Below, in pieces: positions 25,345 to 32,000 of a stretch of DNA of 32,000 nucleotides. Below the pieces are notes generated by a model. That model made no database searches. It was not told where the DNA came from and was given only the letters and a program-made list of their open reading frames with translations. Position numbers and translations under genes: made by a program. Within the stretch, counting starts at the first letter, position 1, and each line of letters starts with the position of its first letter. The DNA is from Halorutilales archaeon Cl-col2-1 (GTDB lineage: Archaea; Halobacteriota; Halobacteria; Halobacteriales; Afararchaeaceae): assembly GCA_041891055.1 (NCBI GenBank), contig CP169074.1, forward strand, positions 388,795-420,794. Direction: 5' to 3'.

Positions 25345-26325
25345 ATGAGAGACAGACTTGTCGAGGAAACGGTTAAGCTCCTTCGACAGACGGGGTTCGA
25401 CGTCAGCGACACATGTAACATACGTCCGAAGAGCTTCGACGTCGTCGCCCGCCGTTCCTCGATAGCCGTACTCGTGAAGGTACTCTCGAACATCGACGGA
25501 TTCGACTCACACACGGCGTACGAGATGAAACGTCTCTCCGACCATCTAGACGCGTCGTCGCTCATAATAGGTGAGAGGACGCGTGACGACGAGATGGAGG
25601 AAAGCGTCGTCTACCTGAGACACGGTATACCCGCGGTCAGCCTCAAGACTGCGGACGACTTCTTCCGCCACGACCTTCCACCTCTCGTCTACATGGGTCC
25701 CGGCGGTCTGTATGTCAGTCTCAACGGAGATGTTCTCTCGGAGGTTAGGAAGTCGGAGGAGATGAGCCTCGGACAGGTCGCAAGAGAGGTGGGTGTGTCA
25801 CGTCGGTCGGTCTCGAAGTATGAGGACGGCATGGACGCCACTATCGACGTAGCCCTCAAGCTTGAGGAGATCTTCGATGAGGAGCTAACATCTCCGATAG
25901 ACATACTCTCGATGGAGGAAGAGAGTGAAGACGAGACAGATGGTGCCGAGGACACCGACATAGATGAGGACGAGGTGGGAGAGAAGGAGAGGGTAGTCTT
26001 TGAGAGACTCGACTCCGCGGGCTTCCGTGTCCTACCGACATCGAAAGCACCCTTCCGAGCGGTTTCAAGCACTCGAGAGAAAGACGACGACGAGACGACT
26101 ATACTCACGGGTATCAGCCGCTACTCGAAGACTATGGTCAAACGCGCGAAGCTGATGAGTAGCATCTCGGACGTCGCAGGGTCGTCTACTGAGAGTCTTT
26201 ACGTCGTCGAGACATCCGAACGTGAGTCGATAGACGACACCGCCGTACTCGAACGTGAGGAGCTAGAGGAGATCAGGGGTTCGGACGAGCTCCTGGAGGA
26301 CGTCTACGAGAGAAAGACGGCGTGA
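25345..26325 (+). CDS. Archaeal XRE-type HTH transcriptional regulator (COG1395-like)
   Basis: Central HTH MSLGQVAREVGVSRRSVSKYEDG. The ~320-aa three-part architecture, with an acidic linker, is as in the conserved euryarchaeal family. The ORF track starts at TTG 25339. I prefer ATG 25345. Confidence 0.75.
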   Translation: MRDRLVEETVKLLRQTGFDVSDTCNIRPKSFDVVARRSSIAVLVKVLSNIDGFDSHTAYEMKRLSDHLDASSLIIGERTRDDEMEESVVYLRHGIPAVSLKTADDFFRHDLPPLVYMGPGGLYVSLNGDVLSEVRKSEEMSLGQVAREVGVSRRSVSKYEDGMDATIDVALKLEEIFDEELTSPIDILSMEEESEDETDGAEDTDIDEDEVGEKERVVFERLDSAGFRVLPTSKAPFRAVSSTREKDDDETTILTGISRYSKTMVKRAKLMSSISDVAGSSTESLYVVETSERESIDDTAVLEREELEEIRGSDELLEDVYERKTA

Positions 26326-26348
26326 GCTGAAGCCGATCCGTAATTACC

Positions 26349-26594
26349 TCACGCGTAACCGTAAGTCTCTTCGAGGTACTCGATTATCTCAGAGCTCTCG
26401 TTCATGCCGTCGACGCCGTGTTCTTCGTCGACTATCACCGGAACCTGTCTCTGACCCGAGATCTCCTCGACCTCGTCGCGTTCGGAGGTCTTCCACGAGA
26501 CTTCGACTGTCTCGTACTCCAAGCCGAGTTCGTCTAGCTTCTCGCGTACCTTGATACAGAACGGGCACGTCTCAAGCTGGTAGAGCTTTATCAT
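26349..26594 (-). CDS. Glutaredoxin
   Basis: 81 aa with a CPFC active site in KLYQLETCPFCIKV and a thioredoxin-fold length. Its ATG directly abuts the RNase R stop. Confidence 0.9.
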   Translation of the reverse strand: MIKLYQLETCPFCIKVREKLDELGLEYETVEVSWKTSERDEVEEISGQRQVPVIVDEEHGVDGMNESSEIIEYLEETYGYA

Positions 26595-27866
26595 CTAATC
26601 CTCCATCTTGTACTCTTCGACCTCGTGGGGATCGTATCCAAGCTCTTCGAGGTACTTCTTGTAGTCCCTCTCACACGCTTCTGCCATTCTCTGTCTCTCA
26701 CTCGCCTTGTCCGCCATCTGGGCGACGTCCTCGGGTATCTCCCCCTCGTGGACTATGAGATGGTTCATCAGGTCGGCTATCCGGCGTATAGGAGACGTGA
26801 AATGTCCGTATATGTCGAAGTTGAGAGCGTAATGTCCTCCGAATGGGTCGCTCATGTACTTCGCTCGGGGCATGACCTTGAGGACTGCTCTCTGTATCTT
26901 CCTGAGTGCGTCCTCGTCGGCGTCCTCTATCGCTGCGTTGACGGCGATACGTGGCTCGTCCCAGTGCTCCGCGGGTATGCTGACGCCGTCGAGATCCTGT
27001 ATCTCCTGTAGAGCCTCAGCCCATTTGTCCTCGCTCGGCTGGGGATGGACACGGTAGACAGCCTCGACTCCCCTGTCCCACATAAGCTCGTATGTCACCG
27101 CACGGTTCGCCTTGAGCATACACTCCTCGACTATCGTGTGTGCGCGGTCTCTCTTGGGGTTGAGGACGAGCGATCCCTGTTCCTTCCTCGACTCGTGGAG
27201 CCTGTCGGCGACGTCGTGCGCCATATCGACCTTCTCGCCCAACTCCTGAGTCACGCCGTCGACTGCTTCGTGTCCCTCGTCGAGTATCCTCTCAGCCTGC
27301 CTGTAGGTGAGACGTCTGTCGCTTCTCACGACCGACTTGAATATCTCTATGTTGTCGAACGAGAGATCCTCGTCCATCTCCATCCTGACGGTGTGGGCGA
27401 GTCTGTCCTCGTTTCCGACTATCGAACAGACCGTCTCCGACAGCGAAGATGGGAGCATATGTACTGTGTGTCCGGGGAGGTAGACAGTCGTCGATCTCCT
27501 CTTCGCCTCCTCGTAGAGCTCAGTCCCGGGCTTGACGTAATGGGTGACGTCGGCTATATGCACCCACAGCGTGTACCCCTCTCCGTCGCCCTCGTCGTCT
27601 ATGCTGATAGCGTCGTCGAAGTCCTGTGCCCTCTTCGGGTCGACGGTAAAAGTCGTGAGATCCCTCAGGTCGGTTCTGTACTCCTTCTCCGCCTCGTCCT
27701 GTATGTCGTCGCGGAACCCCGTAGTTATCTCGTCCGCCTCTTCGAGAGCCCTGTCGGGGAACTCCTCGTGTATCTCGTACTCCTCGAAGAGTTCCTCCCT
27801 CTTCTCCTCCAGCTTCTCCTGCGTCTCCTCGTCTATCTTGACTTCGCTCATACTCCGAGTAGACAT
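26595..27866 (-). CDS. rnr: RNase R / RNase II-family 3'-5' exoribonuclease (RNB domain only)
   Basis: RNB motifs are DPKRAQDFDDAISI, WVHIADVTHYV and HFTSPIRRIADL. I saw no S1 or cold-shock domain, as in haloarchaeal RNase R. Start is ATG 27866 or ATG 27851; the ORF-track TTG at 27905 is unlikely. Confidence 0.85.
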   Translation of the reverse strand: MSTRSMSEVKIDEETQEKLEEKREELFEEYEIHEEFPDRALEEADEITTGFRDDIQDEAEKEYRTDLRDLTTFTVDPKRAQDFDDAISIDDEGDGEGYTLWVHIADVTHYVKPGTELYEEAKRRSTTVYLPGHTVHMLPSSLSETVCSIVGNEDRLAHTVRMEMDEDLSFDNIEIFKSVVRSDRRLTYRQAERILDEGHEAVDGVTQELGEKVDMAHDVADRLHESRKEQGSLVLNPKRDRAHTIVEECMLKANRAVTYELMWDRGVEAVYRVHPQPSEDKWAEALQEIQDLDGVSIPAEHWDEPRIAVNAAIEDADEDALRKIQRAVLKVMPRAKYMSDPFGGHYALNFDIYGHFTSPIRRIADLMNHLIVHEGEIPEDVAQMADKASERQRMAEACERDYKKYLEELGYDPHEVEEYKMED

Positions 27867-27942
27867 CCCGACATAAAAGTAGTACTGCTTGTGGATCATA
27901 GCCAAGAGTTATGGAGAGGCACTCCGAATAATCAGACAAGAC

Positions 27943-28740
27943 ATGCCCGTTTCGTCGAAACCCCTCGTCAAAGACTACATGACAAAGGACGTCGTCACAG
28001 CCTCTCCCGACGACACCGTCGGCGACGTGATAGAGAAGGTCATCGAGAACGAGGGACACAGTGGATTTCCTGTCACAGAAGCTAGGGAAGTCAAGGGATT
28101 CATCACTGCGGAGGACATGCTCGGGAAAGACGACGACGAACCCATCTTCCGTCTGATGTCGACTGACCCACTCGTCGCGGAGCCCGAGATGAGTGTCACC
28201 GACGCAGCGAGGGTCATACTCAGAAGCGGAATACAGAAGCTCCCCGTCGTCGACGACGCCGACAACCTCGTCGGCATAATATCGAACTCCGACGTCATAC
28301 GTTCCCAGATAGAGAGAGTAACCCCACAGAAGGTCTGGAAGCTGATGGACACTCTCGAGTCTATACACGGAATAGACCTCAGAGAGGAGAGACGCCGTGT
28401 CGAGATAGACCACCTCGTCCCGACACAGGACAAAGTCTACGCCGACGAGTTACAGGGGAGATCCTACGAACTTGAGAGGGACTTAGTCGAGCCTCTTATA
28501 GTCATAGAGAAGAAGACAGACGGCAAGACCCTCCTTGTCGACGGACACCACCGCGTCGTCGCGGCTCACCGATCGGGTGTCGAAGAGATGGACGCTTACG
28601 TAGTCGTTGTCGAAGCCGACGTAGAGCTCGGAATGGAGAAGACTGCGGAAGAGTCGGGTCTGGAGACGATAGACGACATAGAGGTAGTAGACTACGCCAA
28701 ACATCCTCTCAACGAAGCCACTAACATCGGCGGGAAGTAG
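27943..28740 (+). CDS. CBS-pair protein fused to a ParB/sulfiredoxin-like domain
   Basis: Two CBS units are present (VKDYMTKDVVTASPDDTVGDV...GFPV, and LMSTDPLVAEPEMSVTDAARV...KLPVVD...LVGIISNSDV). The ParB/Srx motifs LVPTQDKVYADEL and LLVDGHHRVVAAH follow. The start is placed at ATG 27943 rather than TTG 27889. Confidence 0.8.
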   Translation: MPVSSKPLVKDYMTKDVVTASPDDTVGDVIEKVIENEGHSGFPVTEAREVKGFITAEDMLGKDDDEPIFRLMSTDPLVAEPEMSVTDAARVILRSGIQKLPVVDDADNLVGIISNSDVIRSQIERVTPQKVWKLMDTLESIHGIDLREERRRVEIDHLVPTQDKVYADELQGRSYELERDLVEPLIVIEKKTDGKTLLVDGHHRVVAAHRSGVEEMDAYVVVVEADVELGMEKTAEESGLETIDDIEVVDYAKHPLNEATNIGGK

Positions 28741-28743
28741 GTC

Positions 28744-29727
28744 TCACCAGTGCCAGCCGTAGTACTGGAGCATCAGATAGGTTATTATTCCGAGACCGAG
28801 GGAGAGTATCCACGAGCCGGCGGCTATCCTTCCGACACGCGGATGTGAGGTATCGGGAATCTCCTCTACGGGGAATGAGACTCCTAGGACGACGGCGTGT
28901 ATCACGAAGGGGACTGCGACTACCGAGAGGACGAGATGGATGGCTAACATTATGAGGTAGGCGTAGTAGATGACCCCCTCAACGAGTATGTGTTTCTCTC
29001 CCGCACCTCCGACCTTGAAGAGATAGACGACTAGGAAGAGGAGTATGAGACCGAAAGACGACAGCATAGCCTTTCTGTGCTTCTCGATCTGTGACTTCTT
29101 GACCCAGTAGACGCCGAGTATCAGCGAGGTGACTGCGAAGGTGTTTATGACCGCGATGGCGTGTGACATCAGGTTAGCGGTCGATCTGGTCACCGAAGGA
29201 TACGGGAAGAGACCCGCGAAGGTTCCGAGAACTACGAAGTAGCCCGCCACCGAGAGTACACCAGTTGCGACACGGGGTCGTGGTCTTGCGTGACGCCCGA
29301 AGGCGTCGAGGGCGTCGGTTCCAAACAGAAACGGGAGACGCCAGACGAGGAGAAAGACTGTGCCTGCAATGAAAGAGACAACGAAGAAACTGAGACTCGC
29401 GCTTCCGTGGAAAAACGTGGTGTTACGCAGAGCCTGTGCGGCTACGTCGGAGAAGAGCCAAGACAGAGTCGTAAGACCCACAGTACGGAGTGGCGACGAT
29501 CCTATCCCACGGCGGTAACCACCGACTAGACTTCCGACGACGAGCCATCCTATCGCGAAGGGGAGGAAGGTTCCGGCTGTTCTGACGGGCATCTTGACGG
29601 GGTTTATTCCGTGGCTTATCTCTCCGACTACTACGAACGCGAGTATCGCCAAGAGATCTCCGACGACCAGAGCAGGCGAGACTGCGGAGGTATCTATCCG
29701 GCTTCTGAGACCTGAGACAGAGGACAT
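28744..29727 (-). CDS. Membrane protein, DUF3054-like N-terminal half fused to DUF420 (CtaM-like) C-terminal half
   Basis: The N-terminal half has GDLLAILAFVVVGEISHG...FLPFAIGWLVV...GGYRRG, the DUF3054 pattern as I recall it. The C-terminal half has KHRKAMLSSFGLILLFLVVYL...YAYLIMLAIHLVLSVVAVPF...HPRVGRIAAGSWILS, the DUF420 pattern. Confidence 0.7.
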   Translation of the reverse strand: MSSVSGLRSRIDTSAVSPALVVGDLLAILAFVVVGEISHGINPVKMPVRTAGTFLPFAIGWLVVGSLVGGYRRGIGSSPLRTVGLTTLSWLFSDVAAQALRNTTFFHGSASLSFFVVSFIAGTVFLLVWRLPFLFGTDALDAFGRHARPRPRVATGVLSVAGYFVVLGTFAGLFPYPSVTRSTANLMSHAIAVINTFAVTSLILGVYWVKKSQIEKHRKAMLSSFGLILLFLVVYLFKVGGAGEKHILVEGVIYYAYLIMLAIHLVLSVVAVPFVIHAVVLGVSFPVEEIPDTSHPRVGRIAAGSWILSLGLGIITYLMLQYYGWHW

Positions 29728-29817
29728 ATACTTACTTCATATGGCGGATCTGAGAAGTATAAATCGCACGGAATCTCAGACAGATATGGGAAATTTTAAC
29801 AGGGTACAATACTACGC

Positions 29818-29830
29818 TTTTTTAAAGGTG
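29818..29830 (+). promoter_or_regulatory. T/A tract (ttttttaaa) followed by SD-like aggtga just upstream of the halocyanin start
   Basis: aggtga (29825-29830) lies 6 nt before ATG 29837. Further TATA-like elements are at 29758-29765 (tataaatc) and 29791-29800 (aaattttaac) in the same divergent spacer. Confidence 0.25.
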
Positions 29831-29836
29831 AGACAG

Positions 29837-30517
29837 ATGGACATGGACAGACGGAAGTTCCTTTCGACGGCGGCGGCAACGACGGCAGCGACAGCGGGAG
29901 TGTCACGTGAAGCGGCTGCACAGGAAGGACCGGGTGAGAACACGGTTGGGATGTTCACGAGCGGGAGTACCTACTTCTTCGATCCGATAGGACTCCACGT
30001 TGAGGAGGGGACAACGGTCACGTTCGCCATAGAGAGCGGTGCCCACTCGTCGACTGCGTACGAAGATAGGATTCCTGAGGGGGCGAGCGCGTGGGACTCA
30101 GGGACTATAAGCGGACAGGGCGAGTCGTTCTCACACACATTCGAGACGCCGGGTACGTACGACTACTTCTGTATCCCACACAAGTCGCTAGGGATGGTCG
30201 GAAGGATAGTCGTCGGCGAGCCCGGAGGTCCCGCTGACGGAAGCATGCCAGCTGACGGCGACGTCCCAGAGAGCCAGACAATCGTCGACGAGGGCTCCGT
30301 CTCGTTCTCTCAGTTCTCGGGTAACTCTGGAATGGGATATTCGACCGGCGGAGGCGACGGTGGGGGCGAAGGAGGGAATCAGACACAGATAACACCTTCG
30401 GGAACCATGGGGTACATAGTCAAGATGGGCCTCGGAGTGATAAGTTTCCTTACCGTGTCGCTCGTGGGATTCTACTTCCTGATGAGGTACGGCTCCGAGG
30501 CAGAAGCAGCCGAGTAG
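29837..30517 (+). CDS. Halocyanin-type blue (type 1) copper protein, Tat-exported, C-terminal membrane anchor
   Basis: Twin-arginine signal MDMDRRKFLSTAAATTAATAG. Cupredoxin ligand pattern GAHSS...YDYFCIPHKSLGM (His, Cys-x2-His-x4-Met). A Gly-rich linker is followed by the hydrophobic tail MGLGVISFLTVSLVGFYFLM. The sequence upstream of 29837 is AT-rich and overlaps the divergent gene, so the 29594 start is rejected. Confidence 0.85.
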   Translation: MDMDRRKFLSTAAATTAATAGVSREAAAQEGPGENTVGMFTSGSTYFFDPIGLHVEEGTTVTFAIESGAHSSTAYEDRIPEGASAWDSGTISGQGESFSHTFETPGTYDYFCIPHKSLGMVGRIVVGEPGGPADGSMPADGDVPESQTIVDEGSVSFSQFSGNSGMGYSTGGGDGGGEGGNQTQITPSGTMGYIVKMGLGVISFLTVSLVGFYFLMRYGSEAEAAE

Positions 30518-30528
30518 AGGTCACCGAC

Positions 30529-30536
30529 TTTTTCTT
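30529..30536 (+). terminator. Oligo-T tract (tttttctt) after the halocyanin stop
   Basis: A T5 run lies 12 nt after TAG 30515-30517. Archaeal terminators are typically oligo-T. The next gene starts at 30545. Confidence 0.25.
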
Positions 30537-30544
30537 AGAGTCTG

Positions 30545-31894
30545 ATGTGGGGAGTTGTTACTGAGACCGATTTGCAAACGGGTCTCCGAAGTCGTTTACT
30601 CCGTATATTTTTAGCGGGTGTTCTCCTCTCCGCGGTGTCGGGACGTGTCTCAGCACATGGTCTGGGTCTCGGGACACGTGTCTACCGCCTCACGCTCGAA
30701 GCCTCCGAGTTACTCGTTCTCTGTTCAGGTCTGGCTCTAGTGTCGTACGCCGTAGTCGTAATGGAGCCGTGCCGTCTCGTCACGTGTTCGAAGTCGTTCT
30801 CGTTCTCGATACCTCGTGCCGTGGCTTCGTCGGGTATCACAGTTGGAGGGGTCGTAGGCGTGGTAACCGGAGTTCTCATCGTAGTCACGGGGATATTCGG
30901 CGAACAGGTTCCGGCTTCTTTCGCACTGATAGCCGTCTGGTCGGTCTGGTGGTCGGGCTACGTACCCACAGTCTACCTCGTCTCGAACAGTTGGGAGACA
31001 GTGAGCCCCTGGAGAACCATGGCTACCTACCTTCCCTCTGCCAACACCGAGTATCCGCGAGTAGGTCTGGGATTAGGAATCCTGGGATTCCTTCTCTACG
31101 TCTGGTTCTTAGCCGTAAGCCCTCTGTCGAGACGTCCGTACGCAGTCGGTACTTTAGTAGCAGTCTACACAGGGGTTACTCTAGCCGGTGCTGTTGTCTT
31201 CGGAGACGTCTGGTTCGAGAGGGCAGACCCCCTGTCGTTAGCCATGTCGTACTACGGATCTATCTCGCCCGTGTCGAGAGAGGGAAACCGTCTCATCGTA
31301 ACGACACCCTTCAAGTCAGTCGTCGACTCCGAAGTCTTCTCGAAAAAAGGCAGTCTCGGATTCGTCGTAGCGACCGTCTGGGCAACAGTCTACGACGCAG
31401 TCGTGAGGACGCCTTTCTGGGACGCATTCGCTAGATCAGCCGTCGACACCGGTCTGTCGCCCGTGTCTGTCTACGTCTCAGCCCTAGTAGTCGGCTACGT
31501 TGGCTTCCTCGTCGTCTTCCGTCTCGTGCCGACTTTCGGAGGCATCGAGAAGATCGGGGCTGCGGTAGTTCCTCTCGCCGCGGGATACCATCTCTCACAT
31601 TACCCCGGCTACTTCATAACAACTTTTCCGACCGTCACGGAGGTCTTTCTACGTCCTTTCAGCCCTCCGCTTCTTGAGACGGCACCTCTTCCGACGTGGT
31701 ACGGCTTCTTCCGACTCGGAGCCGTCGTAGTCGCACATCTCGTCGGTGTCGTGACTCTCACTCGCCTCGACAAAACAGACCACGATACCCCGACTTCGTC
31801 GAAACTCGTAGCCGTCGGAGTTATGGTACTGTCGACATCGGTTTTCCTCTGGGTATCTACAAGACCCGAGGTTCCTATGCCCTACTTCAGCTAG
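30545..31894 (+). CDS. Polytopic membrane protein of unknown function
   Basis: 449-aa ORF with at least 10 hydrophobic segments and host-like codon use. No catalytic or transporter motif was recognised. Confidence 0.6.
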   Translation: MWGVVTETDLQTGLRSRLLRIFLAGVLLSAVSGRVSAHGLGLGTRVYRLTLEASELLVLCSGLALVSYAVVVMEPCRLVTCSKSFSFSIPRAVASSGITVGGVVGVVTGVLIVVTGIFGEQVPASFALIAVWSVWWSGYVPTVYLVSNSWETVSPWRTMATYLPSANTEYPRVGLGLGILGFLLYVWFLAVSPLSRRPYAVGTLVAVYTGVTLAGAVVFGDVWFERADPLSLAMSYYGSISPVSREGNRLIVTTPFKSVVDSEVFSKKGSLGFVVATVWATVYDAVVRTPFWDAFARSAVDTGLSPVSVYVSALVVGYVGFLVVFRLVPTFGGIEKIGAAVVPLAAGYHLSHYPGYFITTFPTVTEVFLRPFSPPLLETAPLPTWYGFFRLGAVVVAHLVGVVTLTRLDKTDHDTPTSSKLVAVGVMVLSTSVFLWVSTRPEVPMPYFS

Positions 31895-32000
31895 ACCCCG
31901 CAGTCGCCTCGTACTTGTCGCGGAACTCCTGTATCATCTCATCCATCTGATCCTGCCACTCCTGTAACATCGACTCCATCTTATCGGCGATAGCGTCGGG
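31887..32000 (-). CDS. 3' end of a minus-strand gene continuing beyond the window (partial)
   Basis: The frame is open from the window edge and reads ...PDAIADKMESMLQEWQDQMDEMIQEFRDKYEATAGSS, ending at TGA (tca, 31887-31889). The composition is acidic and host-like. It is too short for any family call. Confidence 0.3.
   Translation of the reverse strand, partial: PDAIADKMESMLQEWQDQMDEMIQEFRDKYEATAGSS

Noticed and set aside
27045-28413. 346-aa plus-strand and 297-aa minus-strand ORFs overlapping the RNase R and CBS-ParB genes
   Set aside because: They are shadow frames of two genes with clear RNB and CBS/DGHHR motifs. Their products are basic and low-complexity.
29594-29836. Long N-terminal extension of the halocyanin ORF (start at 29594, or at the in-frame ATG 29786)
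   Set aside because: The extension overlaps the divergent DUF3054-DUF420 gene, then crosses an AT-rich, promoter-like spacer. The canonical twin-arginine signal begins at 29837.

Overview
This window looks like chromosomal DNA from a salt-in halophilic archaeon. The predicted proteins are strongly acidic, and the gene content fits: halocyanin, a domain-poor RNase R, a COG1395-type regulator and a GHMP-type mevalonate-pathway decarboxylase. Hand counts of single 60-nt lines give roughly 55-62% GC. I support about 27 protein genes. I found no rRNA, tRNA, CRISPR array, IS element or integrase.

The most interesting part is the left third. A DNA-end-resection cluster, mre11-rad50-nurA, lies on the minus strand and is translationally coupled. 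Its fourth partner, herA, is separated from it by a 4.8-kb islet on the opposite strand. The islet carries vapBC and a single-chain type IIG restriction-modification gene of about 1300 aa. That gene is broken by a 1-nt frameshift exactly at the catalytic NPPY motif. It also contains a patch of about 1.6 kb with a different codon dialect (about 4720-6340), which suggests a swapped catalytic/TRD module or an assembly chimera.

The rest is mostly housekeeping or accessory metabolism:
- CaCA and SLC13/TrkA-C transporters
- an NRDE protein, a class V aminotransferase and an APC permease
- a NosL-like/NosD-NosF-NosY module with no nosZ in view
- birA, a PrpB-family lyase, and a glutaredoxin abutting RNase R
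- a CBS-ParB/Srx fusion and a DUF3054-DUF420 fusion
- a Tat-exported halocyanin and an unknown polytopic membrane protein

I do not see a convincing, wholly new multi-gene system. The best second-look candidates are the islet and its broken mosaic RM gene, the palindrome-rich 407-nt non-coding region at 18125-18531, and the Nos-like/copper neighbourhood. All family calls come from motifs read by eye. No database search was run.
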